Origin: Candidatus Woesebacteria bacterium
GTDB taxonomy: Bacteria > Patescibacteriota > Microgenomatia > UBA1400 > PJMF01
Length of the DNA stretch: 64,000 nucleotides
Direction of reading: 5' to 3'
Assembly: GCA_050123235.1 (NCBI GenBank)
Contig: JASFHL010000002.1
Span: forward strand, 15,326 to 79,325
The position numbers and the translations under genes are program-made. Under the pieces are notes generated by a model. That model was given only the letters and a program-made list of their open reading frames with translations, was not told where the DNA came from and ran no database searches. Positions 7,511 through 18,067 of the stretch are shown here, one piece after another. Position 1 is the first letter of the stretch; each line of letters begins with the position of its first letter.

Positions 7511-10351
7511 TTAGTCAAGCAACAACTTATTTCCGTCGCCTTTGATTAGTTTGCAGTTAGTCTTTTTTTCAATTTCAGCCTGCCAAGCACTTGGCCAATT
7601 TGACAACTGCACTTTAGCAAGAGCGTCTAATTTCAGACCAGCTTTGCGACGCATATTTTGTACTTTTCTAATCAATTCACGAGCCTCGCCTTCTTCTTTT
7701 AGAGCAGCTGTAAGTTTAAAATCAAACTCTACTGATGTTTCAGCATCTTTTTGCCATTTGACTTTTTTGACATTAACTTCTTGTTCAATCAAAGGCAATA
7801 AGTCGTTTTCCATGCTCAGTTTTTGCACAGCTTTAACTGTTAAACCAGCTAATGGCTGTCGCAGCTTAACTCTATTTTCTTTTCTAGTAGCGTGAGCTTG
7901 TTCCACTACTTGTCTAACTAACTTCATTTCTCCTTCCAACTTCTCATCCAAAAATTCTTTTTGCACTTTTGGCCAATCAGTTAAGTGAATTGAGCTTTTG
8001 TCATCCAACAAATTGTGCTGAATTAATTCAGCGAAAAATGGACAAAGCGGAGCATAGAGCTGAGCTAAGCTGTATAAAACATAGCCAAATACTTGACTAA
8101 CTTCTTTATTGTCTTCAGCCTTAATTCTATTCCTGCTTAATCTTAAATACCAGGTAGAAAGATCATTTACAAAACTGATCAAAGCTCTGCTAGCACGGAC
8201 TACATCATAAGCATCCATTTGTTTAGTAACATTTTTAATTAAACTTTGCGTTTTACTCAAAATCCAGCGATCCATCACATCTAATTTTTGATAATCCAAA
8301 CCTTTAAGATCTAAACTCATATTTTGCTTAGCAAAAGTTTTGTAAAAAGCTAAAACATTCCACCAAATAATAAAAACTTTTCGCCGTAAATCAGCAACTT
8401 CTTTTTTATTAAAATTAATATTTTCAGATTTCATCACATTGGAACTCATCAAATAAAGCCTTAAACTATCCACGCCATATTGATCAATCAATAGCATTGG
8501 ATCTGGATAGTTTTTCTTAGACTTACTCATCTTGGAACCATCTGCTGCCAAAATAGTCCCTGTATTCAAGACATTTTCAAATGAGGGCTGTCCAAAAACA
8601 CCCACTCCCATCACATGCATTGTATAAAACCAAGCCCTAGTTTGAGCAATATACTCACTGACAAACTGCGCAGGATAATTCTTTTCAAAAAATTCTTTAT
8701 TTTCAAAAGGATAATGAACTGAAGCAAAAGGCATTGATCCAGATTCAACCCAGCAATCAAAAACCTCAGAAACTCTTTTACCTTTTACTTTTTTCTTATC
8801 ATCAAGCCAAACTTCAACATCATCTAAAAATTCTCTATGTAAATCTTTTAATCCTGTCATCTGTTGAGGATCAACCGCCCGTTGTTTAAGTTCATCCACA
8901 GAACCAATTACTCTCATTTTCTTTCCGTCTTTACTTTTCCAAATTGGCATGGGTGTACCCCAATAACGAGATCTAGAAATATTCCAGTCAGGAGCATTCT
9001 CAAGTCCTTTTAAAAAACGGCCGTGTTTCAAATGAGCTGGATACCAATTGATTTTTTCATTTTCTTTAATTAAATCTGCTTTAATTTTTTGCACATCAAT
9101 AAACCAAGCTGGCAGTGGAGCATAGTACAAACGAGTAGCACAACGATAACAAGTAGGCACATTGTGATGATATGTATCTTCACGATAAATTAAATTCCTT
9201 TTTTTCAAATCCTCATTAACTAGAGGATTGGCTTTTAAAATATCCATCCCTGCCCAAGGCTTAACTTCTTTTTTAAGTTTACCTTCTTCATCGACATGTT
9301 CAACTAACTGAATCTTGTGAGCTTTCATCACCCGATAGTCATCTTCACCATAGATAGCTAAGGTAACTACCCCTGTTCCTTCATCATCTGTGACAAAATC
9401 AGCAGTAATTACTACTCCGGCTCTTTCATTTTTCTTTCTCTTTGGATAAAAATCATAATGAAGTTCAAATTCTAAATCTTCTAGCTCACGACCTTTATAT
9501 CTTTCAACTATTTCATAAGGTTTTGCTTTTAAAATCTTAATTGTAGATTCAGCTAAAATATAAAATTCTTCCTTAGCATCGTCACTTTTTTGTTTAACTT
9601 TCACATAAGTTAAATCTGGATTAACGGCTAAAGCAGGAGTGGCTAACTTATTCCAAGGAGTAGTCGACCAAGCCAATAGATAAGTATTATCTTGACTAAA
9701 AACTTTGTATTTATAAATATTAGATGCCTCTGTAACATCCTCATAACTATTATCCATGGCTATTTCAAAATTAGACAGTGGCGTAGCACAACGAGGACAA
9801 TAGAGAATTACTTTTCTACCTTCATAAACCAGGCCTTTATCAACTAACTGTTTAAAGCCCCACCAAACAGACTCCATATAAGAGAGATCCATTGTTTTAT
9901 AGTTATTCTTAAAATCAACCCATCTGCCCAGTCTACCAATGATTTTTTCCCATTCTTTATCCAGTCGAAGCACTTCTTTTCTACAAGTATCATTAAATTT
10001 ATCAATTCCAAGCTCTTCAATACCTTTTTTACCACCTTTGATGTCTAATTTTTTTTCAATCATATTTTCAATTGGTAAACCATGACAATCCCACCCCCAA
10101 ACACGTTCCACTCGTTTGCCTTTCATTGTTTGATAACGAGGAATTACATCTTTGGAAGTAGAACCTAATAAATGACCATAGTGAGGCAAACCCGTAGCAA
10201 ATGGTGGGCCATCATAAAAAACATAAACATTATCTTTACTTCTATTTTTAACAGATTTTTCAAATATTTTATTTTTTTGCCAAAACTCTAATACTTCTTC
10301 TTCAAGTTTTGGTAAATTTGGAGTTTGTCTAAAATTTTTTACTTTTGGCAT
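7511..10351 (-). CDS. ileS: Isoleucine--tRNA ligase, type 2 (eukaryote-like)
   Basis: HIGH region 'PPFATGLPHYGH' and 'KMSKS'. 946 aa. A CP1 editing insertion is present. Confidence 0.85.
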   Translation of the reverse strand: MPKVKNFRQTPNLPKLEEEVLEFWQKNKIFEKSVKNRSKDNVYVFYDGPPFATGLPHYGHLLGSTSKDVIPRYQTMKGKRVERVWGWDCHGLPIENMIEKKLDIKGGKKGIEELGIDKFNDTCRKEVLRLDKEWEKIIGRLGRWVDFKNNYKTMDLSYMESVWWGFKQLVDKGLVYEGRKVILYCPRCATPLSNFEIAMDNSYEDVTEASNIYKYKVFSQDNTYLLAWSTTPWNKLATPALAVNPDLTYVKVKQKSDDAKEEFYILAESTIKILKAKPYEIVERYKGRELEDLEFELHYDFYPKRKKNERAGVVITADFVTDDEGTGVVTLAIYGEDDYRVMKAHKIQLVEHVDEEGKLKKEVKPWAGMDILKANPLVNEDLKKRNLIYREDTYHHNVPTCYRCATRLYYAPLPAWFIDVQKIKADLIKENEKINWYPAHLKHGRFLKGLENAPDWNISRSRYWGTPMPIWKSKDGKKMRVIGSVDELKQRAVDPQQMTGLKDLHREFLDDVEVWLDDKKKVKGKRVSEVFDCWVESGSMPFASVHYPFENKEFFEKNYPAQFVSEYIAQTRAWFYTMHVMGVGVFGQPSFENVLNTGTILAADGSKMSKSKKNYPDPMLLIDQYGVDSLRLYLMSSNVMKSENINFNKKEVADLRRKVFIIWWNVLAFYKTFAKQNMSLDLKGLDYQKLDVMDRWILSKTQSLIKNVTKQMDAYDVVRASRALISFVNDLSTWYLRLSRNRIKAEDNKEVSQVFGYVLYSLAQLYAPLCPFFAELIQHNLLDDKSSIHLTDWPKVQKEFLDEKLEGEMKLVRQVVEQAHATRKENRVKLRQPLAGLTVKAVQKLSMENDLLPLIEQEVNVKKVKWQKDAETSVEFDFKLTAALKEEGEARELIRKVQNMRRKAGLKLDALAKVQLSNWPSAWQAEIEKKTNCKLIKGDGNKLLLD

Positions 10352-10384
10352 TGTTAATTCCTTTGTTACTTAAATAAATTTAAA

Positions 10385-10430
10385 AAAAGCCTTTTTGCTT
10401 CACTATCACTAATGAAACAAAAAGGCTTTT
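10385..10430 (-). terminator. Intrinsic terminator/attenuator hairpin in the ileS leader
   Basis: 13-bp perfect stem 'AAAAGCCUUUUUG...CAAAAAGGCUUUU' followed by a U-run on the - strand. It ends about 30 nt upstream of the ileS ATG. Confidence 0.55.
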
Positions 10431-10620
10431 CTATTTAATTCGGCATATAGCCCTGAATTTTAGAAAAAGGTACCAACCTTTTGTGAGCAAAATCACTCTG
10501 CCACTACTTAATTCCAGCGATTACGGGCTTACCCGGCTTAGTCTAATCTTTTATTTAAAACAAAATTTCTTTAAGCACCCTGTAGTAAAAACTACTCATT
10601 GTGTGATTGCACAATTACAA
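10431..10620 (-). promoter_or_regulatory. Candidate T-box riboswitch leader for ileS
   Basis: The - strand has 'AAAAGGUUGGUACC', which resembles the T-box consensus 'GGGUGGUACC'. Its UGGU bulge is complementary to the tRNA ACCA end. Upstream are 'AGAGUGA' and an AUC triplet. A terminator follows. Confidence 0.35.
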
Positions 10621-10670
10621 GGGATTTAAAATTAATATTTAATTGTAACACATAGATCAAGTAAAAAAAC

Positions 10671-11975
10671 TTACTTCTGTCTCAGAAATGCTGGGATTTC
10701 AAATTCATCTTCAAAGGCTGAATCTGTATCATCAGCGCTCTGATCATTATTATCTTGCTGGGGATCTTGTTTTTGACTTTGTTTAACATCATCACCAAAA
10801 GCTTGAGATTTAACAAAAGGTTGGGCTTTACTTGTCACTCCACCACTAGATAGATCCGAAACAGTCTTAGGCTGGGTAAAACCACCAGGTGCTCGATCAA
10901 TCTTAGGCTCTTCTTTAACTTTATCGGTAGATGTTGCTGAATTCATAGACAATCTTCTATTTGAATCTCTACCAAAGGCACCAAACATCCCTCTACCTGG
11001 AGAAGCATAACCCATGCCTCTTTCATCAAAACCAGTAGCAATCACACTGATCTTAATCTTACTCCCCATTTCTTCATCTAAAGTAGCTCCAAATATGATA
11101 TTGGCATCTGGATCTGCTGCATTGGCAATAATAGCAGAAGCATCACTGACCTCAGTCATAGTCATATCAGAGCCACCAATAACGTTATAAAGAATACCTT
11201 TAGCTCCATCAATAGAAACCTCTAAAAGGGGAGAAGAAATAGCCATTCTGGCTGCTGTCACAGCTCTATCCTCACCTGAAGCTTCACCAATACCCATTAA
11301 AGCACTCCCACTATCAAGCATGATTGTTTTGACATCAGCAAAATCAACATTAATCAATCCTGGCACTGTAATTAAATCAGAAATTCCTTTCACACCTTGT
11401 CCTAAAACATTGTCTGCTAATCTGAAAGCATCCAAAAGCGTCATCTTTTTATCCACCACTTCCATCAACCGTTGGTTTGGGATAACAATCAAAGTGTCCA
11501 CCTGATCTTTCAGAATATCAATGCCTTCTTCGGCAGTTTGCATACGTCTAATGCCTTCAAAAGCAAAAGGTTTAGTCACTACTGCTACTGTCAAAGCACC
11601 AGATTCTTTGGCAATCTCAGCAATGATAGAAGAAGCTCCTGTGCCAGTGCCACCGCCCATGCCTGCAGTAATAAAAACCATATCACTATCAAACAATAAA
11701 TCTTTCAGTTTTTCACGGCTTTCTTCTGCAGCCGCGCGTCCAACTTCAGGATCAGCTCCAGCACCCAGGCCTCTAGTGAAATTACTGCCAATCTGAACTT
11801 TAGTTTCTGATTTAGAAGTTAATAAGGCTTGAGCATCAGTGTTAACAGAAATGAACTCAACTCCTTGAATTTGCTCAGAACTAATCATAGAATTGACGGC
11901 ATTACCACCGCCACCACCGACGCCAATCACTTTAATCTTTGCGAAAGTTGTATTTGAAGGTTTTACAAGTCCCAT
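10671..11975 (-). CDS. ftsZ: Cell division GTPase FtsZ
   Basis: Tubulin signature 'GGGTGTG' and '[13 protein letters not shown]'. It has a long low-complexity C-terminal tail. Confidence 0.95.
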   Translation of the reverse strand: MGLVKPSNTTFAKIKVIGVGGGGGNAVNSMISSEQIQGVEFISVNTDAQALLTSKSETKVQIGSNFTRGLGAGADPEVGRAAAEESREKLKDLLFDSDMVFITAGMGGGTGTGASSIIAEIAKESGALTVAVVTKPFAFEGIRRMQTAEEGIDILKDQVDTLIVIPNQRLMEVVDKKMTLLDAFRLADNVLGQGVKGISDLITVPGLINVDFADVKTIMLDSGSALMGIGEASGEDRAVTAARMAISSPLLEVSIDGAKGILYNVIGGSDMTMTEVSDASAIIANAADPDANIIFGATLDEEMGSKIKISVIATGFDERGMGYASPGRGMFGAFGRDSNRRLSMNSATSTDKVKEEPKIDRAPGGFTQPKTVSDLSSGGVTSKAQPFVKSQAFGDDVKQSQKQDPQQDNNDQSADDTDSAFEDEFEIPAFLRQK

Positions 11976-12121
11976 GTTTGTTTATTTTACAGTAAAAAGT
12001 AATTTTTTGCTTACACGCAAAACTACTCTTTTTATATCAAAGTTTGTCAGTAAAAGAAAGAGTGATTATTTGAGAATTTAATAAATTTCTAAAATTTAAT
12101 CTTATCAAAAAATTAGATTCT

Positions 12122-13558
12122 TCAGTAAACAAGCAAAATTGAAGGAACGCTTTCTTCATCACTTATAGTAGAAATCAGACCTTTATTAGCGACAATAGAT
12201 TGATAACCAGATTGTATTACCGGATCAAGAAAACCAACTTTAGGATTTATTCCCAAAGATATTAATTCATCCGCCAATATCTGCTGTAATTCTGGATAAT
12301 AGATAAAATTTATGGGTATTTCCAAAAGAATTAATTTTCCATCTCTTCTTTGACCAATTGCTCTTAATTTGTTATCAATCATTTCTTTTCTTTCCTCCAT
12401 AATTTTTTCTTCTCCTCCATGGTATTCTATATATTTTAAGAATTGACCTGAATCATATCCTGGTAGACCATGTTCTACAACTTCTTTAAAGTCATAATTA
12501 GCTATATCCCAAGGCCAAAGTAATCTAATAGCTGTATCAACTTCCATGAGTACTTCAGGGTTAGGACCATAGACTAATTGAGATTGTCCTCTTTGATCTA
12601 TAGTCAACCAAACTGTTCCTTCAAAATTAATAACTTCTCTAAAATGAGCTGTTTCTTCTCCATTCAACTTCATTCCTTCATCAAATGCCATACCCAGATA
12701 TGCCAAATTACTCTTTTCATAAAGATCAGGCAAAATCTCAGAAATAGTTTTAATATCACCTTTTAATACTAATTTTGCTTCTTCAGGATCAATAAATTTG
12801 ATACGAAAAGCATCTTCATGCTCACTTTTAGCAGGTCTACCAAAGATTAAATTTTCCATTTTTTGAACTTCAATGTGCCCAGACTTCGTAGGAATATCTC
12901 TAACAACGTATCTGAACTCATCGCCTGTGGAATACCTATCAAAAAACTTTCCTGCTTGAAAACTCTCTCCAGCTTCGACTGTTTGTCCTAATGATTTCAA
13001 TAACAAGTTATTTTCTGCAGTCTCTAAGCCTAAATATTCTGAGCAAGCTTGTTCTCCTTGAAAAGAAACTGCTATTTTTTCCAAAGCCTCTCCATAATTG
13101 CCATTCTCTAAATCGTGATGACTAGAATATAAAGTTACCTGACATAAAGGATCAAAATGAGGTACTATTTGATCCATTGTTAGTTCTACCATCCATCTTG
13201 GTAACTCACCTTTTGCCCGTATATCTCCAACAAATGTAAATAAGATCATGAATAATAAAACTAGGGTTATAAAAGAACGCTCTCTTTTACGAGCTTCTTT
13301 TTTTATATCTTGTTTGGGAATTGTGCTTAAAGTTTCAAGCTCTTCATCAAAAACTAACTCTGGATGCTCTAAATCTAAGTAGGCAATTAGCATATCTTTA
13401 AAAAGAAGTAAAAATCGGTTAAAAGCAGCCTTATTCCAAAAAGGTTCTGTTTCAAAATTTTTTACTTTTTCCTTTAAAAAATGTTTTAATGAACTAGCTT
13501 TCTCTTTAATGGCTTTTAAAGAATGACTGGCTTCTTCTCTAGAAAATTTTGGCATCAT
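12122..13558 (-). CDS. Hypothetical bitopic membrane protein (478 aa) located between ftsA and ftsZ
   Basis: About 95-aa cytoplasmic N-terminus, one TM helix ('ITLVLLFMILFTFV'), and about 360-aa extracytoplasmic domain. No known motif was recognised. Confidence 0.6.
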   Translation of the reverse strand: MMPKFSREEASHSLKAIKEKASSLKHFLKEKVKNFETEPFWNKAAFNRFLLLFKDMLIAYLDLEHPELVFDEELETLSTIPKQDIKKEARKRERSFITLVLLFMILFTFVGDIRAKGELPRWMVELTMDQIVPHFDPLCQVTLYSSHHDLENGNYGEALEKIAVSFQGEQACSEYLGLETAENNLLLKSLGQTVEAGESFQAGKFFDRYSTGDEFRYVVRDIPTKSGHIEVQKMENLIFGRPAKSEHEDAFRIKFIDPEEAKLVLKGDIKTISEILPDLYEKSNLAYLGMAFDEGMKLNGEETAHFREVINFEGTVWLTIDQRGQSQLVYGPNPEVLMEVDTAIRLLWPWDIANYDFKEVVEHGLPGYDSGQFLKYIEYHGGEEKIMEERKEMIDNKLRAIGQRRDGKLILLEIPINFIYYPELQQILADELISLGINPKVGFLDPVIQSGYQSIVANKGLISTISDEESVPSILLVY

Positions 13559-13588
13559 TAGTGCTGAGAGTAGATATGAAATAAAAAT

Positions 13589-14902
13589 TTAAGGTAACAA
13601 TTTTTTTATTAGGTCTCCAATGCCTTTAGCAGCAGATTTCAAAGGTAAGCTCTTTAAAAAATCTAAGTTAAAATTAATACCTCTTTTAGCCTGAGCACCA
13701 CCACCATGAGCTAAACCATAAACTAAAAGTCCAACAGCAGTGGTATAAGCTGGACTTAGGATGTCAGTGGTCAAACCAGCCAGTTGTTTTGGCTGACCAA
13801 CTCTAGCTGGCAAACGGAAAACTTTTTTAGCAACATCCACAATCCCCACTGTTTCAGCTCCACCACCAGTCAAGACCACTCCTGCTGGAATTTGAGTTAA
13901 CAAATTTTTCTTATTTAATTCCTGAGCAATCATCTGTAAAATTTCCTTCATCCTTGGCACCATAATTCCCTCAAGTAAAACTTTTTTGGAAAGCTTGTCA
14001 TCAGTTTCATAAATACCCAAAGCTTCTAAATCTATCTTATCTGCTTTTTTTCGTCTCTTATTTAAATCATCTTTAGACTCACCTGGACGAGCCTTAATTG
14101 TTGCAAATTTTTCAGAAGAAAGAGCTAATTTAATCTTTTCTGCAGCTTGGATACTGATTCGACAACCTAGAGCAATATCCTGAGTAATATGTCGCGCTCC
14201 AATTGGCAAAGAACCAGAGAATTCCATTGAACCCTCAACAAAAACACAAAAATTACTTGAACCAGCTCCAATCTCAATTAAAACTACTCCCAATTCTTTT
14301 TCCGTTTCTGACAAAACCACTTCGGAGGAGGCAATACTTGAAAAAACAAAACCATCTACAGTCAAACCCAAATCATTTAAACATTTCTCAACATTTTTCA
14401 AAGAAGTCGTCATACCAGTAATAATATGTGCCTCTGATTCAAGTCTAACTCCAGTCATACCAACTGGATCTTTAATTCCTTCTTGCGAATCAACTTTAAA
14501 ATATCTAGGAATTACATGAAGCACTTGTCTTCCGGAAGGTAAGGAAATAGCTCTAGCTGCCTCAATTACTCTTTCTACATCTTCAGGGATGATTTCTTGA
14601 TGGGGATTAGCTACCGCCACCACTCCTTTTGAATTTCTAGATTGAATGTGCGAGCCAGAAATAGCTACATAAGCACTGTTAATGTCAAAACCAGCCATTC
14701 TTTCAACTGCGTCTAAACTCTCACTAATACTGGAGAGTGCTTCTTCGAGATCAATGATCATACTTTTTTTAACTCCACGAGAGGCAACTACTGAAATGCC
14801 TAGAACTTTAAGTTGTCTATCTTCATCACTATGTGAAGCCACTAGAGTGATACATTTTTCCGTCCCCAAGTCGATAGCTGTAATTATTTTTTCTCTACTC
14901 AT
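13589..14902 (-). CDS. ftsA: Cell division protein FtsA
   Basis: Actin-fold N-terminus 'ITAIDLGTEKCITLVA' with 'GGGAE' and 'VLTGGGA' motifs. 437 aa. Confidence 0.9.
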   Translation of the reverse strand: MSREKIITAIDLGTEKCITLVASHSDEDRQLKVLGISVVASRGVKKSMIIDLEEALSSISESLDAVERMAGFDINSAYVAISGSHIQSRNSKGVVAVANPHQEIIPEDVERVIEAARAISLPSGRQVLHVIPRYFKVDSQEGIKDPVGMTGVRLESEAHIITGMTTSLKNVEKCLNDLGLTVDGFVFSSIASSEVVLSETEKELGVVLIEIGAGSSNFCVFVEGSMEFSGSLPIGARHITQDIALGCRISIQAAEKIKLALSSEKFATIKARPGESKDDLNKRRKKADKIDLEALGIYETDDKLSKKVLLEGIMVPRMKEILQMIAQELNKKNLLTQIPAGVVLTGGGAETVGIVDVAKKVFRLPARVGQPKQLAGLTTDILSPAYTTAVGLLVYGLAHGGGAQAKRGINFNLDFLKSLPLKSAAKGIGDLIKKLLP

Positions 14903-14997
14903 ATTTTTGAAGTCATTTCATCATAGCAAAATTTTGCTATAAATGTCGAGAATTTAAAGTTACTTATTAATTAACTTTTTTGTAATAAATCTTTAAC

Positions 14998-15717
14998 TTA
15001 GTAATTGGAAGACTTTGTACGTAGTACTGGATAATTGAATCTTAAGTCAATTTCTTTGATTGCCAAATCAATGCTATTCAAATCAAGTTGATCCAGTATC
15101 AAATTCAATTTTCTAATATCTTCTCTAGGATCTTTTTTTTCTTCCAAAATAACTTTCAGCTGTTCATCAATAATAATTTCTGTTCTAAATTTATTTAAGT
15201 ATTGAATCTTTTGAAAATCAAAATCCATTTTTACCGCCAACAACTCTTTAACAAATTGGTGAAAACTAGCTTTAACTTTCTTATTAAGAATTAAAGTATC
15301 CCACAAATCCTTTCCTGCTTCTATGGTATAAAGAGAAATGCCTGAATCATCCAGTTTTATTTCTCCCTCCTGAGAGACTAAATAAGACTGCTGTTCTGTG
15401 AAAGATAAACGATATAAAGGAGTCTCCTGGCTTAAAAATATAATTAAAGTATTAGGTAACTTTTTTTTGATCTTTTTAACTTGAAAAAAATCATTTCCCG
15501 AATCTAATTTGAAAACACGTTTCAGATTTGGCTCTGCTTCAAAATCAGTAAAAAATAAAGACTTACCTTTGAGTGATTCAAACTCTTGGCAATTTACCAG
15601 CTTCTTTGTGTCATCATGTATACAGTTGACATTAGTTACAAGCATGAAATGCTTTAAGAAAAAAAACGAACTGACAATAATCGTAGCGGTAAAAAATAAC
15701 TTTAAAAAAAATTTCAT
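14998..15717 (-). CDS. ftsQ: Cell division protein FtsQ/DivIB-like
   Basis: 239 aa with an N-terminal TM helix. It sits in the conserved position between murG and ftsA. Confidence 0.5.
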   Translation of the reverse strand: MKFFLKLFFTATIIVSSFFFLKHFMLVTNVNCIHDDTKKLVNCQEFESLKGKSLFFTDFEAEPNLKRVFKLDSGNDFFQVKKIKKKLPNTLIIFLSQETPLYRLSFTEQQSYLVSQEGEIKLDDSGISLYTIEAGKDLWDTLILNKKVKASFHQFVKELLAVKMDFDFQKIQYLNKFRTEIIIDEQLKVILEEKKDPREDIRKLNLILDQLDLNSIDLAIKEIDLRFNYPVLRTKSSNY

Positions 15718-15722
15718 GTTCT

Positions 15723-16868
15723 TTAACTTCTGTTTTTTTCAATTTCCTTCAAAATATTAAAAATTTTTTCACTAGCATCTAGCTTAGGTCTAATTTTCTT
15801 TAAATTCTCTTTTAATTCTTGATACTTATCTTCCAAATTAGCTATTGCCTGCAAAAGTGAATCTCTATCCAAATATTTTTGTTCTAGTAAAAGAGCTGCT
15901 TTTTGATCTGAAAGCCACTGTGCATTCAACTTTTGTTCATCTTTGTAAGCAAAAGGTAAAGGGATTAAAATACTTGGTAAATTGCTGATAGCCAATTCCA
16001 AGACGGTATTAGCTCCAGAACGGCTAATTGCTAATCTGGCATTTTGATAAATCCAAGCTAAATCTTTTTCACCCAACCATTCTTTTACAAAATATCTTGA
16101 TTGCAATTCTGAATTTAATTGGGCGGCTGTCGTCTTTAGTTCTTTTAAATAATTATTTGCTAAAGTTGGTCGACCACAAATATGCAGCAGTGAATAATTA
16201 CTTAATAAATCAGCTAAATTCTCTTTTACTACTTGATTAATCACCTTTGAACCTTGATTACCGCCAGTAATTAAGACCAAAGGTTTATCCAACTTTTTGT
16301 TTTTCATCCAACTGGGACTTTGTTTTTGCTTTTTGACAATCTCTGCGCGGATTGGATTGCCAGTTAAATAAACCTTTTTACGATAAATTCCCTTTTTATC
16401 GGCAAAACTTTTGACTGTTTCTCCAAATGAAACAGCCAGCACAGTTGCTAATTTGGCAATAATAGCATTGGCCATACCAATGGTTCTTGTTTGTTCGTGA
16501 GTAAGTATAGGAATTTTTTTCAAATAAGCAGCAATTGCTATTGGCACTGCTAAGTAACCCCCAAATGAAAGAAAGATATCGGGCTTTATTTGATCTAAAA
16601 CTTTGCATGCTCTCTTGACTGAAATAATCAAGAGAAAAAATTTCTTAAATTTAACAAAAAGATTACCATCAAATCTAATAGCTGAAAAAGGAATAAAACT
16701 TAGATTCCTTTTTTTAATTTCTTGTTCTTCCACTGCTTTTTGTTTTAACTTTTTTTGACTATATTCTCGACCTACAAAAACTAATTCATTGTTAGATTGA
16801 CTAGCTTGCACATAATCAACAAAAGCCAGGGCTGGAGTCAGATGGCCGCCAGAAATTAATATCTTCAT
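15723..16868 (-). CDS. murG: UDP-N-acetylglucosamine--N-acetylmuramyl-(pentapeptide)-PP-undecaprenol GlcNAc transferase MurG
   Basis: 'ILISGGHLTPALA' and 'VLITGGNQGS' motifs. 381 aa. Confidence 0.85.
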   Translation of the reverse strand: MKILISGGHLTPALAFVDYVQASQSNNELVFVGREYSQKKLKQKAVEEQEIKKRNLSFIPFSAIRFDGNLFVKFKKFFLLIISVKRACKVLDQIKPDIFLSFGGYLAVPIAIAAYLKKIPILTHEQTRTIGMANAIIAKLATVLAVSFGETVKSFADKKGIYRKKVYLTGNPIRAEIVKKQKQSPSWMKNKKLDKPLVLITGGNQGSKVINQVVKENLADLLSNYSLLHICGRPTLANNYLKELKTTAAQLNSELQSRYFVKEWLGEKDLAWIYQNARLAISRSGANTVLELAISNLPSILIPLPFAYKDEQKLNAQWLSDQKAALLLEQKYLDRDSLLQAIANLEDKYQELKENLKKIRPKLDASEKIFNILKEIEKNRS

Positions 16869-16958
16869 AAAGTAACAAGCCCCAATTTAGAAATAAATCT
16901 TGAGACAATTGTAATATATAAGCTGCTATTTCGGAATCAGGGGTTTATAATGTCAAAA

Positions 16959-18050
16959 CTAAGCGCGATTCTCTTTGGCTATTCGCAAAACCACCCCGGT
17001 AGCTAAAAAAACCATTACTAATGAAGACCCTCCATAAGAAAAAAAGGGGAGAGGTAAACCGGTCAAAGGGACCAAAGCTACTACCGCAGCTAAATTTAGT
17101 AAAGTCTGACTACTCACCCAAAGTAAAACGCCAAAAGCCACTAGTTGCGCAAATGATCTATTTTTGGCTTTGAGCGCAATTTCATAAATCAAATTAAAGT
17201 ATGAAATAAACAATAATAATAAAAGCATCGAACCTAAAAAACCAATTTCTTCCCCAATAATCGCAAAAATAGAATCACTACTTGCTTCAGGAATATAATA
17301 AAATTTTTGTTTAGAATTACCTAAGCCCTGTCCAAGCCAACCGCCACTGCCCAAAGCTAGAGTAATTTGCCTAATATGAAAGCTTGCTCCCAAAGGATCA
17401 GCTTCGGGATTAAGAAAAGTTTTTAATCTTCTCAATCTATAAGAAGAGGTTAGGATCATTAAAGCTAGAAAAAAAACACCAGCTAAACTAACAGCTAAAA
17501 TTTTTTTAAAATCTCCCCCCGACAAGTAATACATACCAAAAGCAATTGATAAAAGAATTAAAAGAGACCCCATATCAGGTTGGAGTAATAAGAGAAGCAC
17601 GGGGATTGCTGTTAAAAAAAGGAATGGCGTTAAACGTTGATGCTTGCTCATCCAAGAGGCATAAAAAATAACTAAAGCAAATTTGACGAACTCAATTGGT
17701 TGTCCATTTGCTGGACCGATCTTAATCCACCTATGGGCGCCATTGATCTCCAAACCTATTCCCGGGATAAAAACTAAAACTAATAAAATTAAACTAAAAA
17801 TATACCAAAGTGGAGCTGTTTTTAACCAGAGTTTGCTTGGAATTAATGAAGTAAAAAACATCAAGGCTACCCCTATCATAAACCACATAGATTGCTGTCT
17901 TAAGAAATGATAAGGATGAGAGTATTTAGCAAAACTTTCGGCTACAGAACTTTCAAAAACAAAAAACAAACCAATCAAAGAAAGTAGCACTGTGAGCAAG
18001 CTTAAAAAAATCTGTTGATAAGAAACAGTTGTTTTTTTCTTTTTTCTCAT
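16959..18050 (-). CDS. ftsW: SEDS family peptidoglycan glycosyltransferase FtsW
   Basis: Polytopic with a SEDS C-terminus ('PLTGLPLPFFSYGGSS'). It sits in the mraY-ftsW-murG position. Confidence 0.85.
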   Translation of the reverse strand: MRKKKKTTVSYQQIFLSLLTVLLSLIGLFFVFESSVAESFAKYSHPYHFLRQQSMWFMIGVALMFFTSLIPSKLWLKTAPLWYIFSLILLVLVFIPGIGLEINGAHRWIKIGPANGQPIEFVKFALVIFYASWMSKHQRLTPFLFLTAIPVLLLLLQPDMGSLLILLSIAFGMYYLSGGDFKKILAVSLAGVFFLALMILTSSYRLRRLKTFLNPEADPLGASFHIRQITLALGSGGWLGQGLGNSKQKFYYIPEASSDSIFAIIGEEIGFLGSMLLLLLFISYFNLIYEIALKAKNRSFAQLVAFGVLLWVSSQTLLNLAAVVALVPLTGLPLPFFSYGGSSLVMVFLATGVVLRIAKENRA

Positions 18051-18067
18051 TATTCTTTACTTTGAAA

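Noticed and set aside
7542-7895. 117-aa + strand ORF inside ileS, and similar antisense ORFs (9844-10035, 11320-11796, 14203-14942, 19282-19662, 56340-56723)
   Set aside because: All are embedded antisense within long, well-supported genes (ileS, ftsZ, ftsA, murA, CaCA). They have no independent signals.
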